In this document: positions 11,301 to 22,405 of the stretch, piece after piece | Layout of the letters: the number at the start of each line of letters is the position of its first letter | How positions within the stretch are numbered: position 1 is the stretch's first letter | Source: Salisapilia sapeloensis CBS 127946 | Lineage: Eukaryota > Protista > Oomycota | DNA length: 64,000 nucleotides | Assembly: GCA_023334545.1 (NCBI GenBank) | Contig: JAADVB010000056.1 | Coordinates: 23,211 to 87,210, forward strand | Direction of reading: 5' to 3' | The notes under the pieces: model-generated | Databases searched by the model: none | What the model was told of the DNA's origin: nothing | What the model saw: only the letters and a program-made list of their open reading frames with translations | Position numbers and translations under genes: made by a program

Positions 11301-12923
11301 GTCTCCATCGGAAGTGGAGAAGCAAAAGCAAAAGGATAGACACTGTATCCGCGAGTTGCGTATCTTTTTATCTCAAGTGCTCGACTATTGCAAAGGTCAG
11401 CGTCTGTATAGTCCGTTCTTGTATCCAGTCGACCCGGAAGTCGTGCCGGATTACTATTTGATCGTGGAGCATCCAATGGACTTGAGTTGCATTCGAGAGA
11501 AATTGAATGACGGAGAGTACATGACATTTGAACAGTTTCTCCAAGACATTCAGCTCATCGTAAGAAACGCCAATGTCTTCAATCCGAAGCGCAGTCAGAC
11601 GAGACACATTGCGCATGCCGCAGGGACGATGAAAGATAACATTCTGTCGTTTGCCCATCGCTTTCGTCTGCATCAAGGCTACGATCTGTTTGCCAAGTGT
11701 CGAGAGATCTCGAGGCGAGTGGGGGAAAAGGAGGTGGCTGCGCCCATAAGGACGAGCGCGAGGTTGCGTGGTATCAAGGCGGATGCGCCACAGGTCGTCG
11801 CTGCGACGGTCATGAAGAGCGAGGAGGAAGAAGCCAAGGACGATGGCTGGGATAGCCACAAGTATAGTGAACTCCGATCGCTCTTGAGTGGACAGCGCCC
11901 CGCTCCGACGAGTCAGTGGTTTGACGAGAAGGCATCGAACGCGAGTGCCGAGTCCCCGGAGAAGGAAGAGCAAGTAGTGTTTCGTCAGAACGACTTTGTC
12001 TTTGTAGCTAGTAGGTCGTACCCAGGTGTGAACAAGGCAGGGGGAGCTGCGATGGTCGCCAAGACACATGACGATGGGACGTACGACGTCAAGTACGTCT
12101 TTGGCGGTGCGGAGAAACGAGTGAGCGCGAGGTACATGCAGCGTCTGACGGAAGAAGCGGTTCGTAGTTCGGTGAAAGGCCCGAAGCAGACGTCTGTGGA
12201 AGACGAGAGTCTGCTGAGTCAGATGCGAGCGCAGAGTGATCAGGAGCTGCGATTAGACTACTTTGATAAGCTCTTGTGGCCGATACTCAAGGAAGAAGGG
12301 TGGACGCGGAATCATCGGATTGTGGATGATGAGAGGAGTCAAGGGGCGATGCAGGAACGAGTGCAGTTCTTTGCGGTGGAGGACGGGGAGCAGGTCGAGA
12401 TTGATGGTGTCGAGGAAGCGCTGAGGTTTATTAAGAGCCATTTGCCGCTGGCAGTCAAATGCTTTGGCAAACGCTTTTGTGAGGAAGTGACGGTGGAGGA
12501 GGAGGAGGAGGAAAAGGAGGAGGAGAAGGAGGAGGAAAAGGAAAAAGAAGAGGAAGAGGAAAAGGAAGAGGTAGTGGAGGTGGAGAGTGAGAGTGAGGAG
12601 GAAGTGGAGGAGGTGGGGGAAGAGACATTTGTCTATGATGAAGTAAGAGGATTTGTATGTTGTATGTGGATGATAGGCTGACTGGTGTGTAGAATCGGAT
12701 GACGCACTTGATCAAGACGCTTGTGCGCAAGACTAAGGACTGGACGGTGGAAGAGCTTCGGGATGAACTGGTCGAGTTGAACAAGATCGCCTATCGGCAC
12801 CGTCATACATTTGACCGTACGCCACTCATCAAGGTACTCTTCTCTAGTAGTTATATGTATTGATACAAGAGGTCTGATGTGGTTGGTTTGTAGGAGGTGG
12901 AAGAGCGAATTCAAAAGCTTTAG
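8346..12923 (+). CDS. ATAD2: ATAD2/Yta7-like AAA+ ATPase with bromodomain, plus an inserted PHD finger and a Tudor/SH3-like segment; 4 exons (introns 8380-8467, 12643-12692, 12833-12891)
   Basis: Walker A GPPGCGKT, FYMRKGADCLSKWVGEAERQLRLLF, IIFFDEIDGLAP, second degenerate AAA module, bromodomain (FLYPVDPEVVPDYYLIVEHPMDL..NANVFN), C4HC3 PHD finger. The spliced C-terminus NRMTHLIKTLVRKTKDWTVEEL...EVEERIQKL* fits the family C-terminus. Confidence 0.9.
8921..9004 (+). repeat. Low-complexity GAR (poly-Glu) tract within ATAD2; a second tract lies at ~12493-12624
   Basis: Runs of gag/gaa codons are directly visible in the sequence. Confidence 0.8.
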
Positions 12924-13185
12924 ATCGTTTGTCTAGTAACTTGGCTTTCTTTTTGGTCTACTTGATTCTCTTGATCTCTTCTTCATTTCTTATCTCCATT
13001 ACAAGCACTATGAATCCTATTGATGCTTGTCAACGACTCTTTACTATCCAAATCAAAAGAATAGAAACTTAAGCGTCGGGAAAGCTTGCCTTTCTACCTA
13101 CAACGTTGCCGTTGCTGACACGCTGTACCCATTCCATCACGAGATCGTGGCGTTCTGTGTGTAAAAGCACTTCCAACGCATATCA

Positions 13186-14104
13186 ATGACTACACGACCG
13201 ACTTGTATCCTTCCGCATGTCTATCTCGGCTCCAAAGTCCATGCAAAGGATCGGGAGATGCTCCAGGAGCTTCATATCACCCACATCTTAAACGTATGCA
13301 TCGCCATTTCTGAGCTTAGAACTTATGAACTGCCGAAAAGCTTCGTGCTGACTCTCCGATCGATGCAGGTGACTCCACCACGCACGATGGACCCGGCTGC
13401 AGGCGTTCCTCATTTTTTTGAAAAGGATAAGAAGCTGACATACCGACGCTGCGCCATGTATGACAGCACTGCAGAGAACTTGCTTGGCGTATTGGAAGGC
13501 TGCATCTCGTTCATCGAACAAGCCAAGTACTATGGTACGTCTATCTGTCTATTGGACTGCAGTTAGACAAGTGCTTATAGACGGCTGGAAGCATCGCTTC
13601 TGTATATTACTACTTGTATCTAGGTCGAATACTCGTGCATTGTAACCGAGGCGTAAGTCGATCCGCGGCTGTCGTCATTGCATACGTGATAAAGACAGAG
13701 AAGAAGAGTTATACTGAAGCGCTGGAGTTTGTTACCAAGAAACATCCACTCGTATACTTTCTCTTTATCATGCCTTCGATCACTCTTTGATCATGTCTTG
13801 GATGTAGTCGAACCCGAATGCAGCATTTCGGAAGCAGTTGCAAGCGTATGAGACTCGACTGACACGAAATCTGGGGAAGGATGCAAAGAAGAAGGAAGTG
13901 AGGACTAGACCGATCGGTCCGCAGCGGCCTCCACACCTTCAAGAGAAGGCAAGATCGGATGATGAACAAGAACAGCCTTCGTCTTCTTCATCCAAAAGGA
14001 CGATTGGACCGAGTTTACCTCCGACGAAGCGGCAGCGATCTGAGTCTGCTGAAGATGACGATACGGCACCACCAGAGAAAAAGATAGCTACCAAGGATGA
14101 GTAG
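13186..14104 (+). CDS. Dual-specificity protein phosphatase, 4 exons (introns 13294-13368, 13535-13623, 13752-13807)
   Basis: The spliced product has ILPHVYLGS, THILNVT, the catalytic loop GRILVHCNRGVSRSAAVVIAYV and PNAAFRKQLQAYE. Confidence 0.85.
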
Positions 14105-16467
14105 GTTGTAGCTACAGATTTCATACGAATGAACAACGCGAAAGTCAAACAGTTCCGACAACAAACTTAGCGTTCTTGTTTAGTAGACGTTCACGCATGT
14201 GGTAGGGAGGTATATACCAGATTTATATGCTTTTTGTGGTAGGCAAAAGACACGCAAAGCGTCAGTGGCAGGTACAATGTGTTTCATGGCATTTTGTACG
14301 ACAGAGGTTGAAATTATAGTTTGGAAAATAATCATGCAGAATGGATGGATATTTGTACTTTCGACTCCATCCATAATGGTATCATTGCTAATTGATGGTG
14401 GTTTCTCTAAAGTTGCTTGGCTGAGTTGTATTCATGACATAAATTAAATACCTATTCGGCAACATTGGGATTTCTCATTTTGTAATTCTATTCGATATTG
14501 TCGAATCGGCAAAGTCTGCCGTCGTTGAGAATAGCCGATTTGATTTACCACTTGTCAATGGAAGCCTAGCGTGGCGCTTTAATACAACTTTCCCGCCAAA
14601 ATAGGAGTACAAAGGCAAGTGATCATTGGGGCCGATGGAGATGCAGTTTCGTATTCTTCGTCCAGCTCTCCTCTTACGCCCCATCCTCTATTGGAATTGA
14701 GATTTCCATTGCCATTCTCTTTGTAGCATGAGTTGTGTGAAAATTACAACATATAAATTAAAGTTTTGTAGCGAATTAGGCCTGAGTCAATATACCCTTC
14801 GATATAATCTACCATTTCGTCGACTAGGAAAAGAGGGATTATCGAGGCATGATACCGATTACAGTTCGCACCGTGCTCGTTCTCTTATTGGATATGTTGC
14901 CTTGCTTCATCCTCGATTGTCCTCACAACGAACACGCTCGTATTGGTTTTGGTACATGTCTGTCTTCGTTTTCAATGCAATCAGGAGGAAACCATCTCCG
15001 AGGTGACTTCGAGGCACGCCTGGTGCTCGAAATGTGCACATTTGAAAAAGCGCGCGAAACAGTCGCTCGACTTGGTGAGCTCTTCGCTATTATTTCGGAG
15101 CAGGTGATGTACAGTTGGAGACGAAATAGTTGAGCGATATTTGTGAATCACACTGCACTCGTCCCATTGAAATGCGAAGAGCTCAATGCTGCAAGTAAAT
15201 CAAATCTAACTTCAACCTGAATGACTTCCGACGATACACCGCGATATGCCCCACACTATTCCCACCAAGACATGACAGAGGAGCGGACGATACACGTGGA
15301 CAGGACCGAAAATGTAAATAGCGACGAAAGAGTAGGATGAACCGGCAAAGATTCAGGCATTGATTCCTGTTACAATTCATTCATGTTTGTTTTCACGATT
15401 GTTACTATAACTTGCTGAATACCGGATTATCTGCTCAACAAACTAAGTACTTCCTGTTCTTGAGTACTTTTGGTTATGTTGCTAGGTTGACTTTTAGACA
15501 CAATGACAATTCGACCTCAAATAGTACTCTGATTTCTTCGTTCTTTCCATCATGACCATGATATATGGAGAATGATGGGAAATTGGGCGGAAAAACTCCA
15601 AACGCTGACACACAGTACGGCATATGCAACAAATACGCCTTCCTGTAGCTTGCGCTTTTATAAATTCGGAGCAGTTGACAAATATAGTTATCTATTCATG
15701 ACTTGGTTTTATAATTATCAAATATGATGCTGCTCATCTCGAGCATATCCTTCCATTACTGAGAGGGGGGAGAGAGATGGAAAGATCCATATTCTATACA
15801 TGATCAAGTCCGCCATGTGAAAGCCAAATCTTAATGAACGTGGCCATTCCTTCAACAGTCACCTTCACCCAGGTTGCTCAATCCGATATCACGAGCGGCT
15901 TAAAGTCTTGTGTGGACGGGTACAAAGGGCATTGATCATCGCGACGGAACGTAGAGCAGCCAATCAAGCTGGATGGCCAGTCATATGTACAGTTCTCAAG
16001 ACTTAACCCATAAATCAAACTCTCGTGCCAGTACATTCAATAGAAATACTGACATGGATAGCAACAAAGTATCATTTTTAGTCTGTTGCCTACGATGGAT
16101 CCGTCATAATGATGAAGTTTTGATACTACAGCTGATACTTGCATTATGTAGGTGGTCGAGCACCTAGACTAAACTATGAGTACCAAAGAAAGCAATAGAC
16201 CTTCTACCTTTAAAGTTGGTCTGATCATCACCTCCACAGCTATCAAAGCTTGTCCTCTGATCTGTTTAACTGATCTCATTCAGACTCATCCAGGGTGATG
16301 GCGACCCTTCTATAGTATCGCTTCATGTGTAGCCATATGAAAACAAATGGCTACACATTGCGCAATTCGTGGTCCACGTCCTCTGGAATGAGCTTGTGGT
16401 GCTCTCTTCCTCGCTTGGAGCTCTCTCCTATGATCCGTGACATTCATACTTTTACCTCACTAGGAGG

Positions 16468-18456
16468 ATGGGGACCAGTCGGAAAGAAAAATCTACGTTA
16501 TTGAGCGGCGATGACCTTGAAAAGCAAAATACGAAAAACTTAGATGGCCATGAAGTGCCTGATCTGCATGGATATCATCGCCTACTGCGCAAACCGTGGG
16601 TACAAGGCATCGGTATCCTGCTAGCAATGATCATGGGCGTCTCCTTGGTTCGTTACCTGCTCTTTGGATCCGACACTGCTGGATTACCAGACGTTCCCGG
16701 TGGTCCTCCTCGCTTCCAAGTTTCACTCGCACCTGAATTTGCTGCCGGTGCCCCCATCACAGGACGACTGCTGCTCTGTGTAGCTACGAAGAATGCTGTG
16801 AACCATCCGTATGGTCAGGACCAGCCTCGGTTCCTCGTCTCGGACAACTTTGATACGCAGCAGCTCTTCGCCGTTGACGTATTTGAATTCAATACCGGCA
16901 TTCGAGAGCTCAATGATACTTCCATTGACGGATACCCTCTCGCGGATCTATCTGCTATTCCGGAAGGAGAGTACTGGGTCCAACCTGTACTCCACCCGTA
17001 CGTCCAGTACAACCGATCTGACGGATACAATCTATGGCTTCCAGGTCTAAAGACTTTTGAAGACGGATTTGGCGTCCTAAATGCCCCAGGCACGATGTTT
17101 GGCACCCCGCAACTGGTCAAAATCCAGCAAGACGTCGACTTCCAGCAGCACTTGGTCATTGATCAACTGGCAGAGCCGAGTGCAGACCCAAAGTATGCGT
17201 TCGCCGACACTGTTGCGATGAACAAAGAGCCAGCGTCGAACGAGCTCTTGCATCACGTGACCTACAAAAGTAAGATGTTGTCCGAGTTCTGGGGCACCGA
17301 CGTCGAGTTAAAAGCGTGGGTCCTCCTTCCTCATCGCTTCTACGATGCAAGCACGACTGACATGGAGTACCCGATGTTCATCTACCAAACGCATTTCAAT
17401 CGCGACTTTTCCTTCCACTTTCGAACGTCCCCACCGTCTGAAAGTGAGGGATATGACCAGGTAGAAATGACAAAGGAGTGGTACAAGTACTATCTGTACC
17501 GCAACTGGACATCCGAGCACGAGGATGGTGCGTTCACGGGCAAGCGAGGCATCATCGTCCAGTTGCAGCATGCTAATCCGTACTATGATGACTCGTACGC
17601 TGTCAATAGCGCCAACATCGGTCCGTACGGAGACGCGATTACGTACGAGTTCCTGCCGTACCTGGCGTCCAAGTACCGTGGCATCAACGCTGGGTGGGGT
17701 CGGACGATGTACGGTGGCTCGACAGGTGGATGGGAGTCCTTGGCGGTGCAGGTTTTCTACCCGGAAGAGTACAATGGCTGCTGGTCCTTCTGTCCTGACT
17801 CGTTCGACTTCCATCGCTTCCAACTCGTGAATCTCTTGGATGACACGAACGCGTACTACCATCGTGGCGACTGGACCGTGAAGGCTCGAGGCAGTAGACG
17901 AGATTACCTTGGTCATGTCCTCGAGACGATGCCGGAGGAGAACCATCATGAGATGACACTCGGGTCGAGAGGTCGAAGTGGCGGACAGTGGGACGCTTGG
18001 CAAGCAGTGTACAGTCCTGTGAATACCACGGATGGGTACCCTGCTGCTATTTGGGACAAGCGAACGGGAGAGATTGATCCGACTGTTGTCGAGTACTGGG
18101 TCGAGAACTATGGCGTCCGACGAAAGCTACAGCGAGAGTGGGAGTCGGAAGGTCTTGGAGAAAAGTTGGTGAACAAACTCCATGTCTATGTCGGCGTGAC
18201 GGACAGCTACTACTTGAATGACGGTGTGTTCTTGCTGGAAGACTTTCTCGAGAGCACGACAGCTCCGTACTATAATGGCAGCATCGTGTATGGAGTGGAA
18301 GACGGTCGTGGGTTTGAGCATTGCTGGACCGGTAGCTTTGACGAGACGTTACCGATGGCGTACTTGACACTCAACCAGCGAATGGTTCCGCAGATGGTTG
18401 ACCACGTTGCTGCGACTGCTCCGGAAGGTGCGAACCTCGGGTTTACTTCATACTAG
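16468..18456 (+). CDS. Intronless alpha/beta-hydrolase (putative esterase family, bacterial-like) with an N-terminal transmembrane anchor
   Basis: 662-aa ORF; hydrophobic helix WVQGIGILLAMIMGVSLVRYLLFG; nucleophile elbow GGSTGG; motifs QHANPYYDDSYAVNSANIGPYGDAI, VYVGVTDSYYL, EHCW. Confidence 0.75.
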   Translation: MGTSRKEKSTLLSGDDLEKQNTKNLDGHEVPDLHGYHRLLRKPWVQGIGILLAMIMGVSLVRYLLFGSDTAGLPDVPGGPPRFQVSLAPEFAAGAPITGRLLLCVATKNAVNHPYGQDQPRFLVSDNFDTQQLFAVDVFEFNTGIRELNDTSIDGYPLADLSAIPEGEYWVQPVLHPYVQYNRSDGYNLWLPGLKTFEDGFGVLNAPGTMFGTPQLVKIQQDVDFQQHLVIDQLAEPSADPKYAFADTVAMNKEPASNELLHHVTYKSKMLSEFWGTDVELKAWVLLPHRFYDASTTDMEYPMFIYQTHFNRDFSFHFRTSPPSESEGYDQVEMTKEWYKYYLYRNWTSEHEDGAFTGKRGIIVQLQHANPYYDDSYAVNSANIGPYGDAITYEFLPYLASKYRGINAGWGRTMYGGSTGGWESLAVQVFYPEEYNGCWSFCPDSFDFHRFQLVNLLDDTNAYYHRGDWTVKARGSRRDYLGHVLETMPEENHHEMTLGSRGRSGGQWDAWQAVYSPVNTTDGYPAAIWDKRTGEIDPTVVEYWVENYGVRRKLQREWESEGLGEKLVNKLHVYVGVTDSYYLNDGVFLLEDFLESTTAPYYNGSIVYGVEDGRGFEHCWTGSFDETLPMAYLTLNQRMVPQMVDHVAATAPEGANLGFTSY

Positions 18457-19581
18457 GATTTAAATACTAGCTCTTTGTTTTAATTCGTTAAAGAGGAAGT
18501 TTGGTTGTTATTGATGGTGATGAGAAAGCTCGTGGACAAGTATTTCAAGTAGTATTCTGCATTTGTTCCTTGTATGATTGTGCATGGCGTACAGCAGTCA
18601 CGTGATTGCTTTGGGATAGAAAGGTTCTATGCTTCGTACTGAAGCTGGCTACATGCGGAATGTTTGCTCGTAGGATGGCTGTCGGCAATATTTTCATAAG
18701 GCTAGATAATCTTCTACGTTTAACATGGCTGGAGCCGGAGAAGCCGTACTTTTTTCCATGCATTTCGTATCTTTTCTGAAAGATGCGTCGATACGATGGT
18801 CCGACCACTAGACGGGGAGTTTCAGAAGAGACTTTTATTTCAACTATCGGCGAGAGCGCTATTAGCAATCAAACAGTCAGAGTAGATGGTACAGACTAGC
18901 TTTTCGCACATCTTGTATATCTCCGGCGTACGTAAGTTGTTGGTAGGAAAACGACCGCAAGCAAGAATAGTGTCAGAATGCAAACATTTGGATCTGAAAC
19001 TTTGTTACGTCCAAAGAGCCGTATCAGCCCAACGATACTACAAGAGGTGCCGATAGAAGCTTAGACGACGATATAGTAGCTTATAAAAAGAATATTGATG
19101 TGGGCTTGGAAGCTGACTCGATGTCAAGCTCACATCCTCGAGCTCCTCTCGCAATCAATTCCTCGCAACACCCTTTTAAAGAGTTGTCCGTAAGAAAAAA
19201 CGCATACGCAACTCCGTCTTCATACCAAGTCAGCTCCAAGCAACCTGCTCGAGGCAGTGGTAACCTAGAGCAGCACGAGCCGCTCGTCGGCAGCTCGGTG
19301 TTTGAAGTGGTCTTGAAGCATAATTTTGAAAAAAAGTTCTTCCATAAGTGGGATGAAACGAACGCCGTGGGAGGAGTCCAGAAACGGTTTGCAGGGAGGA
19401 GGTGGCCGTCCGTTATATTCATCGGCGTTGCTCAGAAATAGGCCCTACCATCCAGCGGCAACTGCAGACAGTCGCACCGTGTGTTCCTCCAGACGCACAA
19501 CGCCCGAACGTACAGCTCTCGCTAGCACTTCCTCCCTCGAACCTTCCACCAAACACCAGACACCCGAGTCGCGCCACGCTT

Positions 19582-19588
19582 TCATTCC
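19582..19588 (+). promoter_or_regulatory. Oomycete initiator-like motif (TCATTCC) upstream of the G-beta gene
   Basis: Matches YCATTYY about 130 nt upstream of the ATG, in a C/T-rich stretch. Such a short motif could occur by chance. Confidence 0.3.
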
Positions 19589-19715
19589 GCCTCTCGCGCT
19601 TGACAACGACAAAAGAATCCGTCTATCCTCCCCGGAGCGTAGTAGACTTGTTAGTAGCAGTTGCGTCCACCTTTGGTTCCTCCGGAGCTTTATCTGATTA
19701 TACACTTTATCCATC

Positions 19716-20753
19716 ATGGGAGATTCTACCGCAGAGCTCAAGAAGAAATGCGAGCAGCTCAAGGACACGATCGAGCAGACGCGAGAAGCCAAGTCTGACG
19801 GTAGTTTCAAAAGCGCTGGCGGCACCGCGAGCGCCAAGGCCGTGCCGGCGGCACCGAAGTGCCGAAGACTGCTAAAAGGCCACTTTGGCAAGATCTACGC
19901 CATGCAGTGGGGCGGCGACAGCTCGAGCCTCGTGTCTGCGTCTCAAGACGGCAAGCTCATCGTCTGGAACGCCCAGTCGACGAACAAGATTCAGGCGATC
20001 CCGCTCCGATCGTCCTGGGTCATGACCTGTGCCTTTGAGCAAAAGCAGCGCAACATGGTCGCGTGCGGTGGTCTAGATAACTTGTGTTCCATTTTCCATT
20101 TATCCCAGGCGCAAGTCATGCGTGCCACCAAGGAGCTTGCGGCGCACGACGGGTACTTGTCCTGCTGCCGTTTCATCGACGAAACGAGCATCGTCACGTC
20201 GAGTGGGGACTCGACCTGCATCCTGTGGGACGTCGAGAGTGGCGAGGTCAAGACGACGTTCCGTGAACATGCAGGTGACGTGATGAGCGTGAGTATCAAT
20301 CCGCATAACCCGAACATGTTCATCAGCGGCTCGTGCGACTCGACGGCCAAGGTCTGGGACATCCGCACAGGCAAGTCGACGCACACGTTTCCTGGCCACG
20401 AGTCGGACATCAACTCGGTGGACTTCTTCCCATCAGGAGATGCGCTCGGGACTGGGTCGGATGATTCGTCATGCCGGCTCTTTGACCTGCGTGCATACGG
20501 CGAGCTCAACAACTTTAGCAACGACAAGATCCTGTGCGGCATCACGTCCGTCGCGTTCTCCAAGTCCGGTCGCTTCCTCTTTGCCGGGTATGATGACTAC
20601 AACTGCTACTGCTGGGACGTGCTCAGTACGTCTGGGCAGCACGTCTATCAGCTCGCTGGTCACGAGAACCGTGTGTCGTGCCTTGGTATCAATCCGTCCG
20701 GACAGGCACTGTGCACAGGTAGTTGGGACACGTTGCTCAAGATTTGGGCCTAA
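19716..20753 (+). CDS. GPB1: Heterotrimeric G-protein beta subunit
   Basis: 345-aa intronless ORF: N-terminal coiled coil, [38 protein letters not shown], seven WD repeats ending [14 protein letters not shown]. Confidence 0.97.
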   Translation: MGDSTAELKKKCEQLKDTIEQTREAKSDGSFKSAGGTASAKAVPAAPKCRRLLKGHFGKIYAMQWGGDSSSLVSASQDGKLIVWNAQSTNKIQAIPLRSSWVMTCAFEQKQRNMVACGGLDNLCSIFHLSQAQVMRATKELAAHDGYLSCCRFIDETSIVTSSGDSTCILWDVESGEVKTTFREHAGDVMSVSINPHNPNMFISGSCDSTAKVWDIRTGKSTHTFPGHESDINSVDFFPSGDALGTGSDDSSCRLFDLRAYGELNNFSNDKILCGITSVAFSKSGRFLFAGYDDYNCYCWDVLSTSGQHVYQLAGHENRVSCLGINPSGQALCTGSWDTLLKIWA

Positions 20754-20924
20754 GCTCGAAGCCAATCGCGTCGAGAGAGCAGACTTTGCATGACCATACG
20801 ACTTTCTTCCATTTGAAAATAAAAGGACATTGAAACCTTTGCCATGGCATGACATGATCTTTTCGTGTATTGAACGAGACAAGTGTTGATTAGATTTGAA
20901 GTTGCTTTTATGATTGATATTAGT

Positions 20925-22405
20925 TTACTCCATACGCTTGTCTAGTTCATGTGTATCGTCCTCGACGTCTGCATTGTCTCTGAAGGCTGGTGGAATGATC
21001 TATTTGTATCTCGAGACTTGTACATTCCATCGAATGCCCAGTTGCTCCAACTCCTTTCGCATTTCGTCCGATATGGTCCTCTCCCCACTTCTCACCCTTT
21101 TCGCCCACAGTCCTAGACGAAACCCACTGGATGCAAGTGACCAAGGTGCTTCCACCGGAACGACAAATTTCTTTGATATAGCGACATGTCCACGTCGCTA
21201 CTTGCAGTATCTCATCGCAGGCAATGCTTTCACAGATGCGATCAGCTCTTGACGATGCACTTTGCTCCAAGTGAAGTGCATGCCGTCGAGTTCGTGCTCA
21301 TTGTGCTTGTACACCTCTTTATAAGCACCTCGTCGGATTCCATGCACCGCTCTACCTAGCTTTAATCCATCCGTTCCTAGTGGTCACTCGTGGCTTTTGG
21401 AAGTGAAAGATGGGGCTTGGAAAGCTGTTGGTACGTCGGTATGTCCATACTAGGTGTAGAATGTCCGCAAGACGGGCATGATAACTTGGCCCTACCGACC
21501 CTTTCGACGATTTAAGGTGAGTCCAAGGGTTTTCAACTCCCTCATCGCTTCTTATACGTAATTGATGTATTGATTGTGGTTGCAAACACCATTCCACGCT
21601 CTGCCGAGTGCATGGTCGTGCATGTACTCTGGCCATGGCTCTTCACGAGGGACTATGAACCTTCGCAGGACGCTTGCACGGCCATATATCTTTTAGTAAA
21701 GACGAAGACCCGGCATCATAAACTTCGTCCATGTCATCTCGCTTACATTCCATACGAACCCGATTTCATCCAGCCGTCTGACATGCGCTTCCAATATATC
21801 TTGATTACGTCAAAAGCAACAAAGACGACTGCCGAGTTTGAGGTCCCAACTCGGACGAGGCCATACTGGGTCTCCATAGGGCAAGATCAATGTCTGTGGC
21901 ACGAGGCAGTCTCCGTATAGAGTACGATAGGCTTCCAGTGCTGGCAGCTCCATCATTTCAAAGTAGTGATCTTTCCAGTTAGCAACTGGAAGCCCGATCT
22001 TGGCAAGCTCTCGGATGATGAAGCGGTGGAGACTCGGGCTAGAGGAATTGCTCATCGTGCTCATATACATCGTACCAAGTCGAATGCCTCCCAATTCCTC
22101 CGACCAAGGTTGATACAGTTTATCGCTTGCATTCTCTGTTTTCCTTTGGATACTTCTGATAATGATGTGCCTGGAATGACGAACGAGTGTTGAACAGCAA
22201 CATGGTTTTCGCGCTGGTAGAATTCCTGCATGGCACATACGAGAAGATAATCACGTCGTCGACGGGCGGTAAGCTTTTCAATTGATTCCAAGGGCAGAAT
22301 TGGGTACAATAAAGTAAATTATTTTGACGAGAAACATGCCTTTGACGGACGGCTCAGAATTGCTCATCGACGCATTCGCCCGACCAGCACAGCCATACTC
22401 GCCAT
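20925..22405 (-). pseudogene. Helicase-associated (HA) repeat protein pseudogene with 10 premature stops and one frameshift
   Basis: Reading through the stops gives about five to six repeats of the pattern W..ilPaL..y...yG...VP..F.vP...WP.....LG..v..iR...L..lG (e.g. LPALEAYRTLYGDCLVPQTLILPYGDPVWPRPSWDLKLG). Stops at 22364, 22319, 21810, 21693, 21552, 21492, 21450, 21384, 21198 and 21000; frameshift near 22140. Confidence 0.8.

Noticed and set aside
14849-15133. ORF with HNEH..IG..TC and ARLVLEMC..ARE...LGEL, faintly like peptidase C69
   Set aside because: The similarity is too short and does not continue in flanking frames; it needs an HMM search.
15760-15790. Purine run GAGAGGGGGGAGAGAGA followed by TG, like a retroelement polypurine tract
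   Set aside because: No pol remnant upstream and no second LTR copy found.
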